Positions 8,464-17,324 of a DNA stretch of 32,000 bases are shown here, piece after piece (position 1 is the first letter of the stretch; each line of letters starts with the position of its first letter). The position numbers and the translations under genes were made by a program. The notes below the pieces were generated by a model. The model was not told the origin of the DNA and did no database searches. It was given only the letters and a program-made list of their open reading frames with translations. The stretch comes from Gemmata obscuriglobus (GTDB taxonomy: Bacteria; Planctomycetota; Planctomycetia; Gemmatales; Gemmataceae), in contig NZ_CP042911.1 of NCBI RefSeq assembly GCF_008065095.1, positions 1,230,001-1,262,000 on the forward strand, written 5' to 3'.

Positions 8464-11100
8464 TTAGTGGTTGAACGTGAACTCCGTGGAGTTGAACAGC
8501 CCCCACAGGATGTCGCCGTAGACGGTCTGCGCGGCGGCGCCCTCGAGCCGCGCGCGGGCGGCGTTCTGGGTCTGTTCGAGCGCGGCGACCTGCTTGCCGA
8601 GCGCGGCCGCTTCCTTCGAGCCCTTCGGTTGTTTGGCCAGGTCGGCCTGGAGCGCCTTCAGCCGCTCCTCCGTGCGCCGGTAGGTGGCATCGGTCCGCAG
8701 TTGCGCGTCGGCCAGTTCGGTGAGCCGGGCCGGCGCGGTCTCACGCTGAACGATCTCGACCAGCTTCTTCGTCTCGGTTGCGGTCGGCTTGCGGCACAGC
8801 GTCCGGATGTACAGTTCCTCAATCACCGCTTCCGGGGCCTTCTTCTCGGCGAGGAGCGCCGGCAGGAACTTGCTCTGCGCCACCTTTGCGGTAACCGTGT
8901 CGCCGTTCATCAGGTGCAGCGCCTGCGACAGGTTCGCCTCGCGGTTCACCTCGCACGAGCACGGCGTCTCACGCGGAGCGCGGCCGAACGTGGTGAGGAA
9001 GTAGTTGGTCACCTCGCCGGTGTGGATCTGCACCGCCCGCGTGCCCGGCGGGGACTGCGCGAACCGGTCCTCGGTGCCGGTGATGCGGGTGACCGTGTCG
9101 AGCAGCACCTCGGCCCGCAGCCGGCGCACGTAGGCGTGCGAGAAGTAGATCTCGTCCAGCTCGTTGGTCGGGTTGGTCGCGGCCGCGAGCTGGTACGTGC
9201 GCGAGTTGCAGATGTCGCGCACCAGCTTCTTCTTGTCGAACTTGTCGTCCGCCAGCTTCCGGCCCAGCGCCTCGAGCAGCTCCTTGTTGCTGGGCGGGTT
9301 GCTGATGCGCACGTCGTCCACCGGGTCGACGATCCCGCGGCCGAAGAAGTGCGCCCAGATGGTGTTCGCCATCGTCTCGCGGAACGCGGCGTTGTCCGCG
9401 GCGGTGAGCCACGCGGCCAGCGCCTTGCGCGGGTCCTGGCCGTCCACGTCCGGCGCGGCCCCGCCGAGGAACTTCGGCTTCATCCGGCGGCCGTCAACCG
9501 GGTGCGCGGTGGTGTTCGCGCTGGGGTTGTTCGTGACCACCACCTCGCGGCCCTCGGTGCCGCGCTTCAGGTTCATGCCGGCGAAGAACGCGGCGAACCC
9601 GTAGTAGTCGTCCATCGTCCAGCGGTCGAACGGGTGGTTGTGGCACTGCGCGCACTGGATGCGGGTGCCCAGGAACACCTGGGCGATGTCCTCGGCCGTC
9701 TTCTCGGGCGTGAGCCGCTCGCCGGCGGTGTACAGGTTCGCGGGCGGCGACTTGAAGTTGCTGCCGGACCCGACGAGCAGGTCCGCGGCGAACTCGTTCA
9801 GCGGCCGGTTCTGCGCCATCTGCTCCTTGATCCACGCGGCGTAGGAGAACATCGCCTTCGAGTCGCGGCCGTACTGCGGGGTCTGGTTGTTCGCGCGGAC
9901 GCGGAGCAGCTCGCCCCACTTCATCGCCCACATGTCCACGAACTCGGGCCGCTCCAGGAGCGTATCGATCAGCTTCGCGCGCTTCTTCGGGTCGTTGTCC
10001 GCGAGGAACGCGTCGTACTCGGCGCGGCCCGGCGGGAGCCCGATCAGGTCCAGGTACACGCGGCGCAGGAACGCCTCGTCCGAACACAGCTCGGACGGCG
10101 CCAGGTGCAGCTTCTTGAGCTTGTCGAAGACGAGCGCGTCGATGTAATTGTGCTCGGGCGGGTCGGGCCAGCGGAACTTGTCGTCGGTCGGCAGGACGAT
10201 CACCTCCGCGCCGACGGTGAACTTCCCGAACCGGGCGAACACGAACGCGCCGCCCCGCCCGCCGCCGGTCACGGCGCCGTCCTTGCCGATCGCCGCGACC
10301 GCCTCGTTGTTGGCCATGTACAGCGCGAGCCGGGTCACGTCGCGCGTCGAGCCGTCCGAGTACCTGGCGAGCACCACCGACTTTTGCGCCTGCCCCTTGG
10401 CGGCGAACACCACCTTCGCGGGCAGCAGTTCCACGCCCACCGGCTCGGGCACGTTCGCGCCGTCGTCCGGGGCGCCGGCCTTCAGCCACCGCAGGAGCGT
10501 CTTGTAGTCGTCGTGGTTGGTGTCGAAGAGCTTGCCGCCGGTGTGGGCGACGGCGCCGACGGACTTTTCGAGCAAGAGGCTCTTTTCGGGCGCCGCGAGG
10601 TCGATGCGGCGCCCGACGATGGCGCGGGTGATCCGGTGGTAATCGCCGGCCGGGTCGTACCCGAACAGCGACAGCATGAACCCGTCCTTGCCGCGGGCCG
10701 CGCCGTGGCAGCTCCCGTTGTTGCACCCGTGCTTCATGAACACCGGCATCACGTCGAGCCGGAAGCTCACCGGGCGCGACTGGTCCGCGCCGGACACGGT
10801 CACCGGGATTTCGGCCCGCAGCCCGCCGGCCTCGGCCACGAGCGTCGTGCGGCCGTCCTTCTTCGGGGCGAGCGTACTCTGCGCGAGCGCCGCGACCGCC
10901 GCATCCTTCAGTGACAGTTTCGCCGTAGCCGTGACGTCTTTCGTGACGCCTGCGTCATCGACGTGTTGCACCACGACGGCGTGTCGGTCGTCCTGACCCT
11001 TCAGCTCGACGGCCGCTGGGAAGACCTTGAGCGCCGGGGCCGCGTGCGCCGCCCCCGCGGGCAAAAGGAGTGCGACGGCGGCGAACAAAAGCGTGCGCAT
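8464..11100 (-). CDS. Ig-like (Big_2-like) plus CxxCH plus DUF1549 (PSCyt2) plus DUF1553 (PSD1) domain protein, secreted
   Basis: Start MRTLLFAAVALLLPAGAAHA (signal peptide). Motifs are GCNNGSCHG and CAQCHNHPFDRW. A coiled-coil-like tail is present. The 50-codon upstream extension falls inside repeat E and was rejected. Confidence 0.9.
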   Translation of the reverse strand: MRTLLFAAVALLLPAGAAHAAPALKVFPAAVELKGQDDRHAVVVQHVDDAGVTKDVTATAKLSLKDAAVAALAQSTLAPKKDGRTTLVAEAGGLRAEIPVTVSGADQSRPVSFRLDVMPVFMKHGCNNGSCHGAARGKDGFMLSLFGYDPAGDYHRITRAIVGRRIDLAAPEKSLLLEKSVGAVAHTGGKLFDTNHDDYKTLLRWLKAGAPDDGANVPEPVGVELLPAKVVFAAKGQAQKSVVLARYSDGSTRDVTRLALYMANNEAVAAIGKDGAVTGGGRGGAFVFARFGKFTVGAEVIVLPTDDKFRWPDPPEHNYIDALVFDKLKKLHLAPSELCSDEAFLRRVYLDLIGLPPGRAEYDAFLADNDPKKRAKLIDTLLERPEFVDMWAMKWGELLRVRANNQTPQYGRDSKAMFSYAAWIKEQMAQNRPLNEFAADLLVGSGSNFKSPPANLYTAGERLTPEKTAEDIAQVFLGTRIQCAQCHNHPFDRWTMDDYYGFAAFFAGMNLKRGTEGREVVVTNNPSANTTAHPVDGRRMKPKFLGGAAPDVDGQDPRKALAAWLTAADNAAFRETMANTIWAHFFGRGIVDPVDDVRISNPPSNKELLEALGRKLADDKFDKKKLVRDICNSRTYQLAAATNPTNELDEIYFSHAYVRRLRAEVLLDTVTRITGTEDRFAQSPPGTRAVQIHTGEVTNYFLTTFGRAPRETPCSCEVNREANLSQALHLMNGDTVTAKVAQSKFLPALLAEKKAPEAVIEELYIRTLCRKPTATETKKLVEIVQRETAPARLTELADAQLRTDATYRRTEERLKALQADLAKQPKGSKEAAALGKQVAALEQTQNAARARLEGAAAQTVYGDILWGLFNSTEFTFNH

Positions 11101-11188
11101 AGCGGGGATCGCCTCGGGTGGTTCCACTCGCGTGAATCGGGCCGTTAAGTCGGCGGGGTAAAATTCCCGTTGGTCGCACGGCGGATGT

Positions 11189-11369
11189 CGCACAGGGCTT
11201 CCGCCCTGTGCTACGTCCGGCGACCCCTCCGGGGTGCAAGACCAAGGCAAAAGACCAAAGGCAAAAGGTAAAAGCAGCGCAACCTTTTTACCTTGACACT
11301 TTTGCCTTTTAACTTGTTTTCCGCCCCGGAGGGGCCGGCGGGCGTAGCACAGGGCGGAAGCCCTGTGCG
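11189..11369. mobile_element. Family E: MITE-like element with 46-nt G+C-rich inverted termini and an AT-rich core
   Basis: The left arm 11189-11234 matches the reverse complement of the right arm 11324-11369 with 3 mismatches in 46. The core 11235-11323 is visibly AT-rich and has its own inverted repeat (AAAGGCAAAAGGTAAAA / TTTTTACCTTGACACTTTTGCCTTT). No transposase is present. Confidence 0.6.
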
Positions 11370-11389
11370 GTGTTGTGCGGGGCGGCGAA

Positions 11390-13867
11390 TCACTTGTCCT
11401 TCGCCGCGGCGCCGCGCTCGGCGTCGACCCGCAGGACGCCGCCGCCGCTCAGTTGCCGCACCGACTGGCCCTTGTCGGTGACGGTCACGTCGAGCACGAC
11501 GCCCTGGTAGTTGCCGACCAGCGCTTCCGGCGTGGCCCGCAGCGTGAACTTGACCTCCTTGTCGGCGGAGGTGATCTCGCGCGGGCCGTCGGCCAGTTCG
11601 ATGCCGCGCGGGAGCCGGCCGAGCGTGACCGCCGCCTTGCCCTCGAACGGCTGGAGGTGGTTCAGCTTGACCACCAGCGCCGCGGTCTTGCCGCGCTCGA
11701 TCGACGTGCGCGGGAACCGCGCCTCGACGTGCGGCTCGGCCACCGGCAGCTTGAACGGCTGCGACGCCACGTAGGTGCGGCCCTCGCCGTCGTTGTACCC
11801 GCGCCGGCCGCTGCCCGACATCGCGGTGAGTGTGAGCTGGTGCGTCCCGGCGGCGGCGTTGCGGGCGGCCCCGAGCAGGTACACGCCTTCCGTCTTGCCC
11901 GCGGGCACCGTGACCGGGGTGGCCGTGTTGATCCCGAGCGGCTTCCACTCCAGTTGCACCGTGACGGGGCCGTCGAACCCCTTCGCCCGCTCCACGCGGA
12001 ACTTGAGCGACACCTCGCCGTTCTGCACGAGGGCCGACTTCGGCTCCTCCACCTTCACCGTGAACGGCGCCGGCTCGGTGACCGCCAGCGCGAGCCGGTC
12101 GATCGGCACGTGCAGGTAATAATCGTTGTTGCCGTATGCGTTCATCGGGACCGTCTGCCGGTAGCCGCTCGCGAGGGGCGACGCACCGCCGACCGGGCGC
12201 GCGATCAGGTCCACCAGGAGCGCTTCGGGCTTCGCGTCAGCGGCGGCCTCGAACACCACCGGCACCTTCGTCATCCCCGGCGTGAGCCTGGGGGCGTGCA
12301 GCGTGACGCCCTTCGGCAGGTTCACGCCGACCAGTTCCAGTTCGCCCGCGACCGGCCGGCCGGTCGCGAACACGCCCACCTGCACGGTGGTGCGGTTCCC
12401 GGCCGGGACCGCGACCGCCTGACGCAGTTGGGGCGCGAACTGGTTCTCCGGCTCCGGCGCGATGTAGGTGTGAACCGCGCTCGTCTCCGGCTGCACCTCG
12501 ACGCGGTACACGTAGTCCGCGCCGCCCTCGCCGCGCTCGTCCTCGACGCCCAGCACGTACTCGCCGTCGGCCGGTACGGTGAACTCCAGCACCGGGTCGT
12601 GGGTCTCGCGGATGAGCCCGCCGGCGGGGGCGAACCCGAGCTGGTTCGGGCGCGAGTCCGCGGCCCGCTGACCCGCCGCGCCCGGCTTCGCGCCGACCGG
12701 CTTGATCCAGATCACCGGATCGAGCGGCGAGCCGAGCGCCTGGGCCAGGGCGTGGAACCGGAACTGTTCGCCCTTTTTGGCCTTGAACCGGAAGCAGTCC
12801 ACGTCGCCGGGCTTCTCGATGATGCCGTTGAACGCCACCGGGAGCGGCGCTGCAGTCGTGGGCGCAGTCGCGGGCGTGTCGTTCGGTTCGACTTCCAGCA
12901 CGTTCGGGAACGGCGACGCCCGTAACCGGTTCGGCGAGGGGGCCGAAACGCCGTCGCTCACCGCGACGAACGGCACGTCGCCCGGCGCCTTCGGCAGCCG
13001 GGCCGTCTGGTCCCACGCGCCCTTCGGGTCGCCGAGCACGCGCACCTTGAGTTCTTCGCCCGCCGGGCCGCCCGCGGGGTACACGCCGGTCGGGCGGGCG
13101 AACGTGCCGACGTGCAGCCGGTACACGTCGTTGGCCGCGTTGTACATGCTGTGGCGCACCTCCACGAGGTACGCCCCGTCCCGCGGCGCGATTACCGACA
13201 GGACCGGGTCTTGAACGAACAGCGCCGAGTCGTCGGCCGCCGCGAGCTTGGCCCCGTCGGGCGCGTAGATCGCGAGGTGCAGGTCCGGGATGCCCCGCTC
13301 GACGCCGAGCCGGGCCGCCTCCACCTCGGCCGAGACGCGCTGGCCGCGCTTCACCTCGACGCGGTACAGGTCCACGTCGGTCGGGTCGTTGAGCTTGCCG
13401 AGAACGGTCACGTTCGCGGGCACCGGCGTCGCGGTCTCGGGCTTGTCGTTGCGCGTCTTGCCGATGACCTCGTTCTCTTCGACCGTGGGGAACGGCCCGA
13501 CGAAGAACCGCTGGTACTCGGTCAGCCCGGTGGCGGTGCGGAGCCGGAGCCCGTGCGGCCCGAGCGGGCAGTCGGCGGCGAGCTTCAGCTTCACGCGGAT
13601 TCGCGTCCCGGGGTCAACGGGAACGGCCTTCCTGGTCGGCCCGGTCGTGCTTTCGACCGGCTCGATCCCCTCGACGGTGATGCCGGGTTCGTAGAAGAGC
13701 ACCTCGCGGGTCTGGCCGAGCGCGCGGCCGGTGAACTCGACCTCGACGGTCGTGCCGCGCGGCCCGCCGGGCGGCGACAGCCGCGCGAGCTTCGGCGTGT
13801 CGGCGGCGGCGCCCGCCGCGGCCAACAGGAGCGCGGCGCACGTGCTGGTGGAACGGAAGAATCGCAT
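11390..13867 (-). CDS. Secreted protein with pre-peptidase C-terminal (PPC)-like and Ig-like domains
   Basis: Signal peptide MRFFRSTSTCAALLLAAAGAAA. There are two PPC-like segments (NDKPETATPVPANVTVLGKLNDPTDVDLYRVEV and EPNDTPATAPTTAAPLPVAFNGIIEKPGDVDCFRFKA). The function is unknown. Confidence 0.8.
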   Translation of the reverse strand: MRFFRSTSTCAALLLAAAGAAADTPKLARLSPPGGPRGTTVEVEFTGRALGQTREVLFYEPGITVEGIEPVESTTGPTRKAVPVDPGTRIRVKLKLAADCPLGPHGLRLRTATGLTEYQRFFVGPFPTVEENEVIGKTRNDKPETATPVPANVTVLGKLNDPTDVDLYRVEVKRGQRVSAEVEAARLGVERGIPDLHLAIYAPDGAKLAAADDSALFVQDPVLSVIAPRDGAYLVEVRHSMYNAANDVYRLHVGTFARPTGVYPAGGPAGEELKVRVLGDPKGAWDQTARLPKAPGDVPFVAVSDGVSAPSPNRLRASPFPNVLEVEPNDTPATAPTTAAPLPVAFNGIIEKPGDVDCFRFKAKKGEQFRFHALAQALGSPLDPVIWIKPVGAKPGAAGQRAADSRPNQLGFAPAGGLIRETHDPVLEFTVPADGEYVLGVEDERGEGGADYVYRVEVQPETSAVHTYIAPEPENQFAPQLRQAVAVPAGNRTTVQVGVFATGRPVAGELELVGVNLPKGVTLHAPRLTPGMTKVPVVFEAAADAKPEALLVDLIARPVGGASPLASGYRQTVPMNAYGNNDYYLHVPIDRLALAVTEPAPFTVKVEEPKSALVQNGEVSLKFRVERAKGFDGPVTVQLEWKPLGINTATPVTVPAGKTEGVYLLGAARNAAAGTHQLTLTAMSGSGRRGYNDGEGRTYVASQPFKLPVAEPHVEARFPRTSIERGKTAALVVKLNHLQPFEGKAAVTLGRLPRGIELADGPREITSADKEVKFTLRATPEALVGNYQGVVLDVTVTDKGQSVRQLSGGGVLRVDAERGAAAKDK

Positions 13868-13926
13868 TGCGAGCGGCTCCGGACGGTGCCGAGGTGAAGC
13901 GCGGGGGCGAGTGGGGGCTTACGCCC

Positions 13927-14072
13927 CTGATTCATGATCCGGCCGGTTGTGTCTGTTTCTTGTGGCACAGACATTCCTGTCTGTGCGGCCTTCTCGTCCC
14001 GCACAGACATTCCTGTCTGTGCCACAAAGGCGTAAGACAAAAACAGACACAACCGGCCGGACGGTGAATGAG
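13927..14072. repeat. Family A palindromic element, copy A2 (most complete)
   Basis: Perfect 20-bp outer stem CCGGCCGGTTGTGTCTGTTT (13940-13959) / AAACAGACACAACCGGCCGG (14041-14060). The inner arms both carry CACAGACATTCCTGTCTGTG. The right flank is ACGGTGAATGAG at 14061-14072. Confidence 0.9.
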
Positions 14073-14114
14073 TGGGCTCGTGAGTTCGCGCATCGCGAAC
14101 ATCGCGGTTCGGCG

Positions 14115-15434
14115 CTAGCCGATCAGGTCCTTCACCACGTTACCGTCGTCGATGATCTCGATGGGGCGGGCGCCGGGGGCCATCAGCTCCTTGTCGGCGT
14201 TGATGCCGAGCTGGTGGTACACGGTGGTCAACACGTCCTCGACGCGGACCGGGTCCTCTTCGGGCTCGCTGGCGGTGGAGTTGGACGAGCCGTAGACCAG
14301 CCCCTTCTTGAACCCGCCGCCCGCGACCGCCAGCGAGAACACCCGCGGGAAGTGGTCGCGGCCGGCCGACGCGTTGATCTTCGGGGTGCGCCCGAACTCG
14401 CTGGTCACCAGCACGACGGTCGAGGCCAAGAGCCCGCGGTCGTCCAGGTCGCGGATCAGGCCGGCGAGGGCGGCGTCGAGGCCCGGCGCCTGGCGCTTCA
14501 TCGCGCTCTCGATGCCGGCGTGCATGTCCCAGCCGCCGTAGCTCACCGTCACGAACCGCACGCCCGCCTCCACGAGGCGCCGGGCCAGCAGGAACCGCGG
14601 GCCGGCGTCCGAGGTGCCGTACTTCGCGCGGGTGGCGGCGGACTCCTTCTCGATGTCGAACGCCTCGCGCGCCGCCGAGGAGCTGATGAGGGCGTACGCG
14701 CGGGCGTAGAACTCGTCCATCGCGCCGAGCGCTTCGGCGCTCTTGGCCTGAGCGCGGAAGTGGTCGTCCACCACGCCGCGGATCTGCTGGCGGGTGCCGA
14801 ACCGGCGGTCGTCCACGCCCGGGGGCAGCGTCAGGTCGCGCACCTTGTACCCGCTGCGGGCCGGGTCGCTGCCGATGCCGAACGGCCCGAACTGCGAGCC
14901 CAGGTAGCCGGTGCCCCCGTACTCCGACGCGGACGGCACCGCGACGTAGGGCGGCAGGTCCCGGCGCGGCCCGAACTCGTGCGACACCACCGCGCCCATC
15001 GCCGGGTGCTCGAGCGCCGGGCTCTTGCGGTAGCCGGTGAACATCGTGTACGAGGCGCGGCCGTGGTCCGCCTCCTTGCCGGCGATGGAGCGGACGATCG
15101 TCATCTTGTCCGCCACCTGCGCGACCGAGCGGAAGTTCTCGCTCAGCACCACGCCCGGGAGCTTCGTCTTGGCGACGTTGAACGGCCCGCGGTACTCCAG
15201 CGGCGCGTCCGGCTTCGGGTCCCAGCTCTCCTGGTGGGCCATGCCGCCCGGCAGCACGATCTGGATGACGCTCTTGGCCGCGCCCTCCTTGCTGGCGTAG
15301 TTCTTTTGATCGGCGCGGGCCTTCAGGGCGAAGAAGTCGCCGAGCGTGAGCCCCAGCGAGCCGACCACGCCGACGCGGAGGAACTCGCGGCGGCCCGGCG
15401 CCCGGGTCGGTGCGGCGGTGAGATTCGTCGACAT
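14115..15434 (-). CDS. DUF1501 domain protein (sulfatase/alkaline-phosphatase-like fold) with a Tat-type leader
   Basis: Start MSTNLTAAPTRAPGRREFLRVGVVGSLGL, followed by VIQIVLPGGMAHQESWDPKP. The 82-codon upstream extension was rejected. Confidence 0.92.
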   Translation of the reverse strand: MSTNLTAAPTRAPGRREFLRVGVVGSLGLTLGDFFALKARADQKNYASKEGAAKSVIQIVLPGGMAHQESWDPKPDAPLEYRGPFNVAKTKLPGVVLSENFRSVAQVADKMTIVRSIAGKEADHGRASYTMFTGYRKSPALEHPAMGAVVSHEFGPRRDLPPYVAVPSASEYGGTGYLGSQFGPFGIGSDPARSGYKVRDLTLPPGVDDRRFGTRQQIRGVVDDHFRAQAKSAEALGAMDEFYARAYALISSSAAREAFDIEKESAATRAKYGTSDAGPRFLLARRLVEAGVRFVTVSYGGWDMHAGIESAMKRQAPGLDAALAGLIRDLDDRGLLASTVVLVTSEFGRTPKINASAGRDHFPRVFSLAVAGGGFKKGLVYGSSNSTASEPEEDPVRVEDVLTTVYHQLGINADKELMAPGARPIEIIDDGNVVKDLIG

Positions 15435-15736
15435 GCGCGTGGGCCTCGTCTCTGCGAGTGAGTGGGAACGCGAGGGCGTGTTTCGGGGCGGGTCGAGCGG
15501 CAGGTAGAGCGAAGGCGGGGCACCGGCGGGCGGCGCGGAAACCTGCACCATACTATCTTCGGTCCGCGACCACGTAACTGTGAATTCCGCCGCCCCCCGT
15601 TCCAGACATCCGCGCGGCAAATTTTCCCCCGCGCGCCACAACAGCGAGCGGCGATTCGCGCCGGGCGATACGTGTAACAACTGATACCAAAACCGGTTGC
15701 GGGTTCGTCGCCTGAGGGCGAACCCACCTGCGGTGT

Positions 15737-15819
15737 CGCTTTTGTTGACGAGCCGCGACCGCCAGGGAGCGGTGCCACGTCTCCCGCTCCCTGGCGGTCG
15801 CGGCTCGTCAAGAAAGCGG
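15737..15819. repeat. Family B palindromic element, copy B2 (inverted relative to B1)
   Basis: Arms 15745-15772 and 15784-15811 form a perfect 28-bp stem. The loop TGCCACGTCTC is the reverse complement of the B1 loop at 10 of 11 positions. One stem pair is swapped on both arms relative to B1. Confidence 0.9.
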
Positions 15820-15914
15820 CCGTATCACCGCGATCGCCACCTGAGCACGAACCCGCACACGCGCAACGGGCGGCCGGCGCATGTGCCGGGCCTCGTTGTC
15901 CCGGCAATCGCGGC

Positions 15915-17312
15915 TCACGCGAACAGGTCTTTCACCACGGTGCCGTGAACGTCGGTGAGCCGGAAGTCGCGGCCCGCGTGCCGGTACGTCAGGCGCTCGT
16001 GGTCCAGCCCGAGCAGCGCCAGGACCGTGGCGTGCAGGTCGTGGACGTGGACCTTGTTCTCCGCCGCGTGCCAGCCGTAATCGTCGGTGGCGCCGTACCG
16101 GAACCCGGGCTTCACCCCGCCGCCGGCCATCCACACCGTGAACCCCTCCGGGTTGTGGTCGCGGCCGTCGTTCCCGCCCCCCTCCACCGTGGGCGTGCGG
16201 CCGAACTCGCCGCCCCACAGCACCAGCGTGTCCTTCAGCAGCCCGCGGGCCTTCAGGTCCTTGAGCAGCCCCGCGATGGGCTTGTCCACCTCGCGGGCGT
16301 TCTTCGCGTGGTCCCGGCGCAGGTTCCCGTGCTGGTCCCACTGCACCTTGTCGTCGCTGTGCGTCACCTGCACGAACCGCACCCCGCGCTCCGCCAGCCG
16401 GCGCGCCAAAAGGCACTGGCGCCCGAACGGCGCGGTGACCGGGTCGTCCAGACCGTACAGCGCCCGCGTCTTGTCGGTCTCTTTCGAGGTGTCTTCGGCC
16501 TCGGGCATCGCGCGCTGCATCCGGAAGGCCAGCTCGAACGACTCCAGCCGCCCTTCCAGCGCGCCGTCCGGACCGGCCTGGGCCAGGTGCTCGCGGTTCA
16601 GGTCCGCGAGCAGGTCGAGCTGCGTCCGCTGCGCGTCGCGCGTGAGTGCGGGGTTCTCGATGTACTTCACCTTCGCCTTCTCGAACGGCGTGCCGGCGTT
16701 GCCCAGCGGCACGCCCTGGCACGACGCCGGCAGGAACGCCGAGCCCCAGTTGTTCACCCCGCCGTGCGCGAGCGTCGGGCACACGGTGACGAACGCCGGC
16801 AGGTTCGCGTTCGCGGTGCCCAGCCCGTATGCGATCCACGCGCCCATGCTGGGCCGCACGAAGTTGTCGCTGCCGGTGTGCAGCTTCAGCGCCGCGCCGC
16901 CGTGCGCCGGGTTGGTGCCGTGCAGCGAGTGGACGAAGCAGATGTCGTCCACGCACCCCGCGACGTGCGGGAACAGGTCGCTCACCGGGCTGCCGCACTG
17001 GCCGTACCGCTTGAACTTCCACGGCGACTTGAGCAGGTTCCCGGTCTTGGCGAACACCACCCGGGGCCGCGGCCCCGGGTACGGCTTGCCGTCGTCGCGG
17101 TCGAGCAGCGGCTTGGGCTCGAACGTGTCGAGGTGCGACGGCCCGCCCTTCATGAACAGGAAGATGACCCGCTTCGCCTTCGGCTCGAAGTGCGGCTTCG
17201 GCGCGCCCCCGGCGTCGGCCGCGTGCAGCAGGTCCGCCAGCGCGAGCGAGCCGAACCCGAGCGCCGTGTCGCGCAGAACCTGGCGCCGCGAGGGCCGGAA
17301 ATGAGTGCTCAT
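15915..17312 (-). CDS. DUF1501 domain protein with a Tat-type leader
   Basis: MSTHFRPSRRQVLRDTALGFGSLALADLL, then VIFLFMKGGPSHLDTFEPKP. GAGGGG lies 5 nt upstream. The gap to the upstream gene is only 12 nt. Confidence 0.93.
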   Translation of the reverse strand: MSTHFRPSRRQVLRDTALGFGSLALADLLHAADAGGAPKPHFEPKAKRVIFLFMKGGPSHLDTFEPKPLLDRDDGKPYPGPRPRVVFAKTGNLLKSPWKFKRYGQCGSPVSDLFPHVAGCVDDICFVHSLHGTNPAHGGAALKLHTGSDNFVRPSMGAWIAYGLGTANANLPAFVTVCPTLAHGGVNNWGSAFLPASCQGVPLGNAGTPFEKAKVKYIENPALTRDAQRTQLDLLADLNREHLAQAGPDGALEGRLESFELAFRMQRAMPEAEDTSKETDKTRALYGLDDPVTAPFGRQCLLARRLAERGVRFVQVTHSDDKVQWDQHGNLRRDHAKNAREVDKPIAGLLKDLKARGLLKDTLVLWGGEFGRTPTVEGGGNDGRDHNPEGFTVWMAGGGVKPGFRYGATDDYGWHAAENKVHVHDLHATVLALLGLDHERLTYRHAGRDFRLTDVHGTVVKDLFA

Positions 17313-17324
17313 GTCGCCCCTCGG

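Noticed and set aside
15681-15694. 14-mer CTGATACCAAAACC, shared at 13 of 14 positions with 27434..27447 next to repeat F.
   Set aside because: A rough count over about 2e9 position pairs on both strands predicts hundreds of 13-of-14 matches by chance, so this is not evidence of relatedness.
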